In this document: piece by piece, positions 17,404 to 26,211 of the stretch
Numbering within the stretch: the stretch's first letter is position 1
How the letters are laid out: every line of letters begins with the position of its first letter
Source: Candidatus Parcubacteria bacterium
GTDB taxonomy: Bacteria; Patescibacteriota; Minisyncoccia; Phycocordibacterales; PALSA-1337
Direction of reading: 5' to 3'
Assembly (NCBI GenBank): GCA_039799225.1
Contig: JBDLTF010000004.1
Span: 8,454 to 72,453, forward strand
Length of the DNA stretch: 64,000 nt
Position numbers and translations under genes: made by a program
The notes under the pieces: model-generated
Database searches by the model: none
Told to the model about the DNA's origin: nothing
The model's input: the letters and a program-made list of their open reading frames with translations, nothing else

Positions 17404-19674
17404 CTACTTCGCGACCTTGATTGCCTCATCAAACTGGATAGAGAGGAGCCTTGATGCCCCATCGGCACCCATAGTGACACCATAGAGCACACCGGCGCGC
17501 GACATAGTCTCGCGGTTGTGGGTGATAAGAATGAGCTGGGAATGCTTGGAAAGATTCTCAATCATGTCGCCATACTTCTTGGAGTTTGCTTCATCAAGTG
17601 CCGCGTCAGTCTCGTCGAGAATAATAAATGGTGGTGGATTGACCTGTGATACTGCGAAAAGGAGTGCGATTGAAGTAAGTGCACGTTCACCACCCGAGAG
17701 CATCATAAGACCCTTCACCTTCTTACGTGGAAGACTGACACTGACTTCAAGACCTTCCGGACCATCCTCCTGACCTTCTTCTACATTCATGCCATCTTCA
17801 GGCATTTCTCCTGAGAGTGCGTCGCTCAAATCATCCATGTCACTCTTCTTGCGGCGTTTCGTTTCCCTGATAACAGAAAGTTCAGCCTTACCACCACCGA
17901 ACATGAGTGAGAAATATTTCTGGAACTCAGTATTGATCTTGAGGATACCTGATTTGAATTCATAGTCGATGCGAGTATCGAGATCAGCAATAAGCATGAG
18001 GAGTTCCTTCTTGGCACGTGCGAGATCTTCAAGCTCCTTGCCGAGGAACATGTCGCGCTCCTCAGTCTCACGATATTCCTTCATGACCTCCACACCGCCA
18101 GCCGCACCAGAGTCTTCGAGACGAATCTTTATCTTCTCGATCTGCTTGCGACGAGCTTCTTGTGCAGGACGATCCTGTGCCGCAAGCTCACTGATATCAC
18201 GAGGATACTGCACGGCTTCCCTACCTGCCATCATTCCCGCTTCACCAAGCTCACGTTTGAATGCTTCCTCTTTATATGAGATATCATTCAAGCGCGCAGT
18301 GAGGTCATTCACCATATGTCTGACCTCATTCTGGCGTGCGATGATGCGGAATACATCTTTCTCAGCATCACGGTTGGTATCCTTCTCTTTTTCGATGTTC
18401 CTCTTGAGCTCGTCGTAGTCACGAACAAGCTTGGCCTCCTCTTCGGAGATCGAAGTCAACCTTCCTTCCAATCGGGAACGCTCGCGAGAGATCTTCTCGA
18501 TTTCCTTCTCCGCTTCACCAATGAAAGCTGAGTCTGTATTCGTACGATGACTAGCAATGAAACTGCGGAGTGCAGAAACAACTTCGACGAATAATTTCTT
18601 AGCATCCTCAATTGATTTGAAATCCTCAATAGTGCGCACGATCTCCTCAACATCCTTGAGATAAACAGTCTTCAACTCTTCATTCCTAATTCTCGACTGC
18701 TCCTTCTCAATAGCGCGCCTATTCGCGGAAATTTCACCTTCAATGCGACCCAATTCACGACCAATCTGATCTTTCTCGGTGCGAGTAATAGAAAGTTTAC
18801 CCTCAAGCATAATGAGTGCATCACTTTTCCTGTCAGCAGTCTTGGAATCAGTCAGTATCTTCTTGGCGTGTTCCAATTCCCTGTCGAGCTGCGCCAATTC
18901 CGCCTTGGGACCAGCAACCTCTTTCTCCAATCGAGAACGCTCGCTCGCGAGATGTGCGTCCTCATGTGCAAAATATTCCTGATACAGGGTGACCAATTCT
19001 TTGCGCATCTCTTCAGCCTTCTCTACCTTCTCGACCTGCTTCTTCAAAAATTTCAAATGAGGTGCAATCTCTCTGCGAAGCGACTCGACACGTTCCATGT
19101 TCTCGTCAGTCTTCTCCAATTTCCTGATGCTCTCCAATTTCTTCCACTGGTATATTTTCAAACCAAGCGCATCTTCAATCATCTCTCTGCGTTCACGAAT
19201 AGATGCAGAAAGTATTCTGTCAGCTTCACCCTGAGAGATGATATGGTGACCAGTCGCACCGATATGAGCTGTCGCCAGAAGTTCAACAATATCCTTCAAG
19301 CGCACCTGCGTTCCATTCAAGAGATATTCATTCGTATTGTCGCGATGCACAACGCGCTCGATGGAAACTTCATCGAAATCAATTCCTGCAAAAAGACGGC
19401 TCGAGTTATCGAATGTCACCTTCACGCTCGCCCTGTTTGCTCTACCAGCCGCTGCAGGTCCATCTCCACCTCCGTTCCAGATCATGTCTTCACCTCTCTT
19501 CCCACGGAGTGATTTGATCGACTGTTCACCAAGAACGAAGCGAAAAGCTTCAGCAGTATTTGATTTTCCTGAGCCATTTGGACCAACAATACTTGTTATC
19601 GATGTCGTGAACGACAAAGACGACTTCTTGGCGAAAGATTTGAAGCCGGAAAGTTCGAGAGACTTGAGATACAT
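17404..19674 (-). CDS. smc: SMC-family chromosome-segregation ATPase, short form without recognisable hinge
   Basis: N-terminal Walker A GPNGSGKSN, long coiled coil, C-terminal signature LSGGERALTSIALLFA and Walker B FIILDETDAALD. Only 756 aa. Confidence 0.75.
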   Translation of the reverse strand: MYLKSLELSGFKSFAKKSSLSFTTSITSIVGPNGSGKSNTAEAFRFVLGEQSIKSLRGKRGEDMIWNGGGDGPAAAGRANRASVKVTFDNSSRLFAGIDFDEVSIERVVHRDNTNEYLLNGTQVRLKDIVELLATAHIGATGHHIISQGEADRILSASIRERREMIEDALGLKIYQWKKLESIRKLEKTDENMERVESLRREIAPHLKFLKKQVEKVEKAEEMRKELVTLYQEYFAHEDAHLASERSRLEKEVAGPKAELAQLDRELEHAKKILTDSKTADRKSDALIMLEGKLSITRTEKDQIGRELGRIEGEISANRRAIEKEQSRIRNEELKTVYLKDVEEIVRTIEDFKSIEDAKKLFVEVVSALRSFIASHRTNTDSAFIGEAEKEIEKISRERSRLEGRLTSISEEEAKLVRDYDELKRNIEKEKDTNRDAEKDVFRIIARQNEVRHMVNDLTARLNDISYKEEAFKRELGEAGMMAGREAVQYPRDISELAAQDRPAQEARRKQIEKIKIRLEDSGAAGGVEVMKEYRETEERDMFLGKELEDLARAKKELLMLIADLDTRIDYEFKSGILKINTEFQKYFSLMFGGGKAELSVIRETKRRKKSDMDDLSDALSGEMPEDGMNVEEGQEDGPEGLEVSVSLPRKKVKGLMMLSGGERALTSIALLFAVSQVNPPPFIILDETDAALDEANSKKYGDMIENLSKHSQLILITHNRETMSRAGVLYGVTMGADGASRLLSIQFDEAIKVAK

Positions 19675-19692
19675 TGTAGTTTGAATATTTTA

Positions 19693-19722
19693 ACATAAAA
19701 AGCGCCCTAGGTTGGGCGCTTG
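19693..19722 (-). terminator. hairpin terminator downstream of 19726..19986
   Basis: aaaagcgccc-taggtt-gggcgctt. Confidence 0.5.
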
Positions 19723-19725
19723 AAA

Positions 19726-19986
19726 TCATACTTTCTCATCACCTTCTCCAGAACCATCGACACCCCAAAGATCCGCGCAAAGGATACGTTCTTCACCATT
19801 GGGCGCCCTGATAATGATCTGACAACCATCTCCTTCAAAATGCTGTAACGAATCGAGCAACATTAGAGAACGCCTAAATACCGAGGTTAGGTCTAGACCA
19901 CTCTTTTCCATTATTTCTGATATTCTTTGACGAACTTCGGGAGTAAGAACTATGTTGATTTCACCAGGCAACTGTTCTCCAGCCAT
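19726..19986 (-). CDS. small ribbon-helix-helix-like protein
   Basis: N-terminal beta-strand INIVLTPEV followed by helices RQRISEIMEKSGLDLTSVFRRSLMLL, which fits the RHH pattern. Confidence 0.35.
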   Translation of the reverse strand: MAGEQLPGEINIVLTPEVRQRISEIMEKSGLDLTSVFRRSLMLLDSLQHFEGDGCQIIIRAPNGEERILCADLWGVDGSGEGDEKV

Positions 19987-20037
19987 AATAAATACCTTTC
20001 GTTGAATTTAACAGACTATACCAGAAGATAGTGCTCC

Positions 20038-20757
20038 CTACCACCCCTTAGCCTCCAACGCCTTCTCTGCTGCTTGCTGCTCTGCTTCCTGCTTGGACAT
20101 ACCCGTTCCTGCTGCGACTTGAACATCCCTAAGGAATACACCGAGAGTGAATTTCTTGTCATGATCAGGACCAACTTCTTTGAGTGTCTTATAGGTCGGC
20201 GTGATACCCATCTTCTCCTGTGCCTTCTCCTGGAAGCGACTCTTGGCATCGATCCAGAGCTTATCTTTCACAATGATATCGATGTCGATGTAATTCAAGA
20301 TCTGATCTGAAATGAACTGCGCAGCTGCATGATATCCCTGATCCATATAGATGGCACCGATGAGAGCCTCGACTGCATTTGCGAGAATGACCGAACGGGC
20401 ACGACCAGTATCTTTGGCCTCACCCTTCGAGAGGAGCATGAATTCATTGAGACCAATATGTTCAGCGACCTTCGTGAGACTGACGGTGTTCACGATAGCT
20501 GAACGATATGCGGTGAGCTCACCTTCTGCCTTGTGCGGATATTTCAAGAAGAGGAATCCGGTGACCGCCAACTCCAAAACAGCGTCTCCGAGAAATTCGA
20601 GGCGCTCATTGTGTTCCATGCCAGTACCCTTGTTCTCATTGAGGTACGAGCGATGTGTACATGCTGCACGGAGCAAGTTTACATCGTTGAATGAAACGCT
20701 GATCTTTTTCGAGAGTTTTTCGAGATTCTGTTGCATGTTACTTCTCCTCACTAACAA
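20038..20757 (-). CDS. rnc: ribonuclease III
   Basis: RNase III signature ERLEFLGDAVLE and a C-terminal dsRBD. The likely start is the internal Met near 20736, adjacent to the stop of the upstream gene. Confidence 0.9.
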   Translation of the reverse strand: MLVRRSNMQQNLEKLSKKISVSFNDVNLLRAACTHRSYLNENKGTGMEHNERLEFLGDAVLELAVTGFLFLKYPHKAEGELTAYRSAIVNTVSLTKVAEHIGLNEFMLLSKGEAKDTGRARSVILANAVEALIGAIYMDQGYHAAAQFISDQILNYIDIDIIVKDKLWIDAKSRFQEKAQEKMGITPTYKTLKEVGPDHDKKFTLGVFLRDVQVAAGTGMSKQEAEQQAAEKALEAKGW

Positions 20758-21643
20758 TCGTCACTGCTTTGGTAACTATCGGGAGGATATCATTATAGAA
20801 ATTGAGTTCGAGAATGTCGGCGAGCTTGAACCACTTAGCATCATCAAGTCCTGGCTTCTTCGCAAGAGCGAGGTCAGTAAACTTCGACTCTGCGAGATAG
20901 TAGTGAACCTGTTTCCTGATCTTACCAATCTCAGGATCGTTGGCAATATATTCATTCTGACCGAGGTCTTCCTTAATCTTCACATCGAGACCGATTTCTT
21001 CTTTGACTTTGGCGACGGTGCCATCCTTTGGATCCATATCCTGAGGGATTTTTCCCTTGGAAAGGGTCCAGTGGCCGAAAATGTCGTGCACGAAGGCAAA
21101 GAAGATATCAGACTCATGGCGCGCATATACGATGGCGCCTCCGAGATGCTGGACAGGCATCTGTTCATACGGGACCTCGGCAGGTTTCTTCTTCTTGGGA
21201 GCCTGTGGAGCGTCCTTACCTGGCTCACCAAGCTCCTTGTAGACCGCACCGAGCACACCGTTTACGAACCTACCCGATGTTTCGCCGCCGAATGTCTTGG
21301 CGAGCTCGATAGCTTCGTTGATAGCAACCTTGGCAGGAACCTCATCACGGTCAGAGAAGATGAGTTCGAAGAGACCGAGGCGGAGAACATTACGATCAAC
21401 CGGAGAAATCTTCTCGAGTGGCCAGTCAGGAGCGGCCTTGGTGATGATATCGTTGAGATCCTGCTTCTTGGCGATAATACCCTTCAAAAGGGCTTCTATG
21501 AATGAGACATCAGTCACACCTGGAGCAAATTCCTTGGCATTACGAGTAACAATGGCGGAAACGTTTTCGTCATGCTGTCCACGAGCATCCCACTCGAAGA
21601 GTGATTGGAGAACTACAGACCTTGAGAGGTGTCTATTTGCCAT
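20738..21643 (-). CDS. nusB: transcription antitermination factor NusB fused to a C-terminal Nudix-like domain
   Basis: NusB blocks (LQSLFEWD, NVLRLGLFEL, AINEAIELAKTFGGETSGRFVNGVLG). A Lys/Pro linker leads to a Nudix-fold-like region whose Nudix box (GKIPQDMDPKDGTVAKVKEEIGL) is only partly conserved. Confidence 0.7.
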   Translation of the reverse strand: MANRHLSRSVVLQSLFEWDARGQHDENVSAIVTRNAKEFAPGVTDVSFIEALLKGIIAKKQDLNDIITKAAPDWPLEKISPVDRNVLRLGLFELIFSDRDEVPAKVAINEAIELAKTFGGETSGRFVNGVLGAVYKELGEPGKDAPQAPKKKKPAEVPYEQMPVQHLGGAIVYARHESDIFFAFVHDIFGHWTLSKGKIPQDMDPKDGTVAKVKEEIGLDVKIKEDLGQNEYIANDPEIGKIRKQVHYYLAESKFTDLALAKKPGLDDAKWFKLADILELNFYNDILPIVTKAVTIVSEEK

Positions 21644-21748
21644 TGTAATGAAAGAACTTGGTGATGGATTATGTGCTTCTACGAAACCTTCAATTCAAAG
21701 TCAGAAACATTCCTGACGTTTTGGACTTTGAACTTCCTATTTCGAACC

Positions 21749-21967
21749 CTATTTCTTGGCAGCCGTTGCCTTCTTCGCCTTCTTGGCGACCTTAGCAGCG
21801 AGGTCAAGGACCTTGCGTCCATTGTACCATCCACAGCTCATACAAACCGTGTGTGCCTTGCGGCTTGCGCCACAATTGGAACATGTCGAAGCGCGCCCTG
21901 CTGAGAGAGCGTGATGCGAACGGCGGTTATTACGATGTGAGCGCGTTGCGCGCATGCGGACTACCAT
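21749..21967 (-). CDS. rpmF: 50S ribosomal protein L32
   Basis: RSHRNNRRSHHAL... with the CxxC..CxxC zinc ribbon and a Lys/Ala tail. Confidence 0.85.
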   Translation of the reverse strand: MVVRMRATRSHRNNRRSHHALSAGRASTCSNCGASRKAHTVCMSCGWYNGRKVLDLAAKVAKKAKKATAAKK

Positions 21968-22179
21968 GGGAAGTAGTATTGCATATTATTTTATTTTTCG
22001 CAAGAAGTGGGTCTTTTTGAGCACCCTAAATCAAACATAGTTTGCCAATTACGAGAAAATACGGTAGATTGTTCTGTACGTGGTTTGTTCTGATAGTGCG
22101 CCCATATCTTCGCTTTGCTCGATATAGGCGCTGCGCTCGGACGAACCGCGAATGCAAGCATTCACGATCGTCCTCACTT

Positions 22180-22252
22180 GCGCCCATAGCTCAGCTGGTA
22201 GAGCAGATCCCTCTTAAGGATAAGGTCGTAGGTTCGATCCCTACTGGGCGCA
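22180..22252 (+). tRNA. tRNA-Lys(CTT): tRNA-Lys(CTT)
   Basis: Acceptor gcgccca/tgggcgc, D-arm gctc-agctggta-gagc, anticodon loop cuCUUaa, T-arm gtagg-ttcgatc-cctac. No CCA encoded. Confidence 0.85.
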
Positions 22253-22279
22253 CAAATCGAGGGCTCGCAGATTTGTGCG
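22249..22279 (+). other. 10-bp inverted repeat hairpin overlapping the tRNA-Lys 3' terminus
   Basis: cgcacaaatc-gagggctcgca-gatttgtgcg. The 5' arm includes the last 4 nt of the tRNA. Confidence 0.5.
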
Positions 22280-22425
22280 AGCCGCAGGCCTGACGAGGCC
22301 GAGCGGGCGACCAGCAGGTCGTGCCGGCGGAGGCTTCGCGAGATTTTCTAGCAAGAAAATACTCGTGACCACAAATCAAAATAAAGTCGCGTAGAAATAT
22401 GTTAGGCTAGTAGATACGATTTCCC

Positions 22426-22507
22426 GCCGGGGTGGCGAAATTGGTAGACGCACGTGGCTTAGGACCACGCGGAGCAATCCTTGGAGGTTCGAGTCCTCTC
22501 CCCGGCA
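22426..22507 (+). tRNA. tRNA-Leu(TAG): tRNA-Leu(TAG), type II
   Basis: Acceptor gccgggg/ccccggc, anticodon loop cuUAGga, long variable arm, T-arm ggagg-ttcgagt-cctct. No CCA encoded. Confidence 0.85.
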
Positions 22508-22663
22508 CAAACGAACGAAGTGAGTTTTGTGTTGGGAGCAAAGCGCCTGCGCGCTTTGCGAGAGAGGACTCGAAAAGGCTGAGCATGTTTTCTCGGAGCA
22601 AGCTCCGAGAAAACGCGAAGCCTATACCGCGCCTGTAAGGCGAGAGTCCTCTCCCCGGCCACA
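22508..22663 (+). ncRNA. conserved tRNA-Leu 3'-trailer structured element, copy 2 (unclassified)
   Basis: Homolog of 4976..5136. Hairpin 22537..22558 (gcaaagcgc-ctgc-gcgctttgc) and hairpin 22587..22612 (ttttctcggagc-aa-gctccgagaaaa). Same conserved blocks. Ends with a copy of this tRNA's own 3' end (gagtcctctccccggc). Confidence 0.4.
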
Positions 22664-22676
22664 CTAATATCCACAC

Positions 22677-23087
22677 TTGACACGGACATCTTTCCGTGCT
22701 ATTTTTGTGTTTGGAAAACCTGTTCTTACTATTACTATGATACTGATGCCCACTGAAACCAATCGGACTCCTGTCGTTTCACCTGCAGCTCCCCAAAAAA
22801 TCAGAGGCCACATCTTGGTCCTGATCGCCGGAGAATCGACCCGTGAAGTTGTTCGGATCGGACTCGAAAGGGTTGGATATACGGTAACCGCCCTCAGTTG
22901 CCCCGTGAAGGCGCTCTGCAAGTTTGCAAGCGACCCTTTCATCAAGCAGATTATCGTCTGCGAACAGATCGCCTGCGATGACGGTAGCGACCTCATGCGC
23001 CGGGCAAACAAACTCGGTAAGCAGGTTGTCCCGTTCACCTACGGAAACAGTGTCGACCCGACTGACATCCTTAGTTTGACCTCATAA
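22677..23087 (+). CDS. single-domain CheY-like receiver protein lacking the phospho-acceptor Asp (pseudo-receiver)
   Basis: Likely start at MILMPTE (around 22737). Receiver-like pattern HILVLIAGE ... IIVCEQIACDDGSDL with the acidic pocket degenerate. Confidence 0.35.
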   Translation: MTRTSFRAIFVFGKPVLTITMILMPTETNRTPVVSPAAPQKIRGHILVLIAGESTREVVRIGLERVGYTVTALSCPVKALCKFASDPFIKQIIVCEQIACDDGSDLMRRANKLGKQVVPFTYGNSVDPTDILSLTS

Positions 23088-23114
23088 CACACTCACTCAC
23101 CTCACCGCCGCACT

Positions 23115-23148
23115 GGTTCAACTAGTGCGGCGTTTTTATTTCCAAACC
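23115..23148 (+). terminator. rho-independent terminator
   Basis: ccgccgcact-ggttcaa-ctagtgcggcg followed by a T-run. Confidence 0.65.
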
Positions 23149-23186
23149 CCATTATAAGGTCTCATTTTAGGCCTTTTTCGAGGGTA

Positions 23187-23215
23187 TTGACTTTTCCCAT
23201 ATATAGTAGTATAAT
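23187..23215 (+). promoter_or_regulatory. strong sigma70-like promoter TTGACT-N17-TATAAT
   Basis: Consensus-like hexamers with 17-nt spacing upstream of the 23284 start. RBS aaaggaa. Confidence 0.6.
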
Positions 23216-23283
23216 AGCGCCCAGATACTGTCCTACAGTGAGTGCTGTTTGACAACGACATACACGACAACAAAAGGAACCCC

Positions 23284-25956
23284 ATGTCCGCGCCTACTAT
23301 GAACCATACGAAAGTATGGATTGACGGAACGAACCTGTGTTGGGAGGGAGAGGTTGATATGTCCGATTTGGCCATTATCATTCCCCTTTCCAACTCAAAA
23401 CTGTATCAGTTCGTCATTGCCCCCCTCCATTTCAACGGAGGAACATCCTCATCACCGAAGATTGGACTCTGCGATATCACCCCGGCGTACTCCATTGTGA
23501 TTGAAAGACTTTTCGGCGTCTACGCGTTGAAAGACGCATCTAGACTGCCGTTGAGCCTATCATTCCAGATGGGAGTCTCGCCGACGATGTACAGAAGCAC
23601 CAAACTCGGTGAGTCAACGAGTGATCAACTGATCTCTCGACAACTGGTCCGAGAAGACCTCCCCGATGAGCGTTTGTGCACTGTCACCTTCGATCCGCGA
23701 AAGTGGGTCGAACAGATGAACGAGCAGAAAGCTCAGGAGGAAGTCCTTCACGAACATCAGGTAAACGAGAAACCTCCCGGTCTGTTCAGATCAATACTAT
23801 CGGGAATCTCGCACGTACTAAACCTTAGTTATACAAACCGTATTACAATCTCACAAACTGAACTCGTCGAGATTGAAAAACAAACTAATGGTCACGTGCC
23901 CGCATCTCCGACAATAACCGAAATCGAAACCAACGGCCACGCATCTGCGGAGGCCACAACAAATCAAACCAAACCAGAAACGACAGACAAACCTACACAG
24001 AAAGAACCGATTGCTATGATAAATTATAAAGTTGAACTGACGGGCGGCACGCTTATCGTAAGCGAGCTCCCCTCAACGGTCGTCGACGTCTCGATCCAAC
24101 TCTTCGATGGAGATACTGCGCTGAGTCAAGAAATCCTCGCAGTAAGCCAACGTGGTGTCATCATCACTGATGGTACACTCAAAGTTGAAGACGTGTTCCA
24201 CAGACTCGACCTCGAAGTGGGGAAAGTTCCGAACACGGTCATCCTCCTCAAGATCACTCCGAAAAGTTCGGATGCATCAGAGGAAATTAAGCCGGTTAAT
24301 CATGTCGTGAACGGAAGCGAGATCATCGACATTCTCACGCCTGTAGCGCAAGCCGCTCCAGCTGTGATGTTCGCTCCTATCCTTGTACCGACTCCAGCTC
24401 CTACACCCACCACCCCTCCGGCTCCTGAACCGTTGCCTGAGGAAAAGGTGTTGGATACACAGCAAGGTCGGCTCAATAAGCTCAAGAACGACCTCAGGAA
24501 CAAGAAACTGATGAGCCAGGTCTTGTTGGTATATCTCGTGGAGATGGCAAACGCCATCGATAGCACCTTGTGCACCCTGCGGGACAAGAAGTTCGCCAAT
24601 AACGAACGTGCTCAGAAACTCCTGCCGGAAGCGGTCGAGACCGCGAAAGCAATCAACTATATCCGTGTTGAAAAATGGGAAAAATGGCCCGAACTCAGCG
24701 ATATCCTTGATGAACTCAATACACGCATCCGCAATCTCGGATGTACGGAAGGTCAACCGGGGGCCGCACTCAAGAACGAGCTCGACCAAATCGCAGAGTC
24801 CGTACACAAAAAGAATTGGAGCTCTGTGACACCAAAAATCCTCGAACAGGCCCTAAATAATGCCAGGGGGCTCATCAAGAAATTGGCTGCGGCTGAGGAT
24901 GAAGTGATCAAGCGGTCCGGAGAGTTGGAAAAAGAACTCGCCGAACAGCGCAAGAAGACTGAGGAACAGGCTGCTGAAACTGCGCGGCTCACCGCGGAAC
25001 TGGAAGAAGCTCGAAATAAGCCGGCTCAAACGCCGTCTCCGAACAGCCCTCCGGCACCGACGGTAGCTGCGCCTGCACAGGCACCAGCTCAGACTGAGAC
25101 CGCAACGGCGGGAGCACCTCCCGCAGGAGCTCCGCCGACAACATCGACGACTCCGAGTTCAGCAAGCAATCCGCTCGTGATCATATTAGCGGTCGTGGCG
25201 GCACTGCTCGCTGTAATGCTCATCGTGAGCCTCATCCAAGATCGTAAGTGGACATCGGACGCGGTACCACCAAATGGCACCGTGGACTCGAGACCTCCGC
25301 TTCCGATGCCGACGACAAATCGGCTGCCTGACTGGGCGAACCCGCGGATACTGGGTTACTACCAGGCACTCGTTGCAGCAGGAGTATTGTCGGGAACGAA
25401 CGTTTCGTCGTCTGGTTCTGTTTCTGCCATGAACAATAGCAGTAACTACATCAACGGCCACAGCTTCGTGAACGGCAATGGGTTCCAGCTCAACTACATG
25501 TTGCCGCCGACGAACCAGCCGACTATCATTGTGACCAATGTTAGTATCACGGTCACGAACGTGACGGCTTACGAGCCTCAACAAAAAGGTTGCACAACAC
25601 CGCCGCAAGCACCGGCATGCGGAGATGGAACACCTCGTCAAAGTTGCATTCCAAGTGGAGCGCAACTCTTGTCCGACGGGAGTTGGGTATTCAAAAGAGA
25701 CCTCAACCCCGGCGAGATGCACGAATACCGTGGGGATCAACAGATGATCCTGTCCGTAGTCTGGGCGAATGCTCCGACTCCGTACTTCACGGTCAAGCAT
25801 CAGCGAGATGACGGGTCATGGGAATCAGAAGACTCAAACTCTGATACGGATACCACGGACTCCACACACCGGTTAGTGCTCGACAGGAATGCTCCTCATT
25901 CAGCACAAATTACCGCGACATGGCGTCCGAGGCACACCGTTCAACGACGAGCATAG
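23284..25956 (+). CDS. large bitopic membrane protein: coiled-coil and Pro-rich N-region, single TM, Ser/Thr/Asn-rich extracellular C-region
   Basis: Start chosen at the ATG after the RBS (the ORF track begins at an upstream alternative start). TM helix PLVIILAVVAALLAVMLIVSLI. PAPTPTTPPAPEP and AQAPAQTETATAGAPPAGAPP low-complexity tracts. Confidence 0.6.
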   Translation: MSAPTMNHTKVWIDGTNLCWEGEVDMSDLAIIIPLSNSKLYQFVIAPLHFNGGTSSSPKIGLCDITPAYSIVIERLFGVYALKDASRLPLSLSFQMGVSPTMYRSTKLGESTSDQLISRQLVREDLPDERLCTVTFDPRKWVEQMNEQKAQEEVLHEHQVNEKPPGLFRSILSGISHVLNLSYTNRITISQTELVEIEKQTNGHVPASPTITEIETNGHASAEATTNQTKPETTDKPTQKEPIAMINYKVELTGGTLIVSELPSTVVDVSIQLFDGDTALSQEILAVSQRGVIITDGTLKVEDVFHRLDLEVGKVPNTVILLKITPKSSDASEEIKPVNHVVNGSEIIDILTPVAQAAPAVMFAPILVPTPAPTPTTPPAPEPLPEEKVLDTQQGRLNKLKNDLRNKKLMSQVLLVYLVEMANAIDSTLCTLRDKKFANNERAQKLLPEAVETAKAINYIRVEKWEKWPELSDILDELNTRIRNLGCTEGQPGAALKNELDQIAESVHKKNWSSVTPKILEQALNNARGLIKKLAAAEDEVIKRSGELEKELAEQRKKTEEQAAETARLTAELEEARNKPAQTPSPNSPPAPTVAAPAQAPAQTETATAGAPPAGAPPTTSTTPSSASNPLVIILAVVAALLAVMLIVSLIQDRKWTSDAVPPNGTVDSRPPLPMPTTNRLPDWANPRILGYYQALVAAGVLSGTNVSSSGSVSAMNNSSNYINGHSFVNGNGFQLNYMLPPTNQPTIIVTNVSITVTNVTAYEPQQKGCTTPPQAPACGDGTPRQSCIPSGAQLLSDGSWVFKRDLNPGEMHEYRGDQQMILSVVWANAPTPYFTVKHQRDDGSWESEDSNSDTDTTDSTHRLVLDRNAPHSAQITATWRPRHTVQRRA

Positions 25957-25969
25957 TGCTCTGAACATT

Positions 25970-26012
25970 CACGCCCCTCACTTATCTACGGATAGGTGAG
26001 GGGCTTTTTTAT
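25970..26012 (+). terminator. rho-independent terminator
   Basis: gcccctcac...gtgaggggc followed by a T-run. Confidence 0.6.
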
Positions 26013-26059
26013 ACCTCAAAAACCCCTCAACTAGGCCTTTATTGGTGATAAGCCTAAAC

Positions 26060-26089
26060 TTGACTTTTGCATATAAAGTGTGCTATAAT
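26060..26089 (+). promoter_or_regulatory. strong sigma70-like promoter TTGACT-N18-TATAAT
   Basis: Very similar in extended sequence to the promoter at 23187..23215. Confidence 0.6.
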
Positions 26090-26211
26090 ATATGCAGAAT
26101 TGTGAAGCTGTATCCGTGTGGATACTCCCCTTTGACAATCGAATACGGTTTCAACAAAACAACACCTGGGTGGCTGAAATGCTGCCCTACAAAGAGAAAG
26201 AAAGATAGTAT

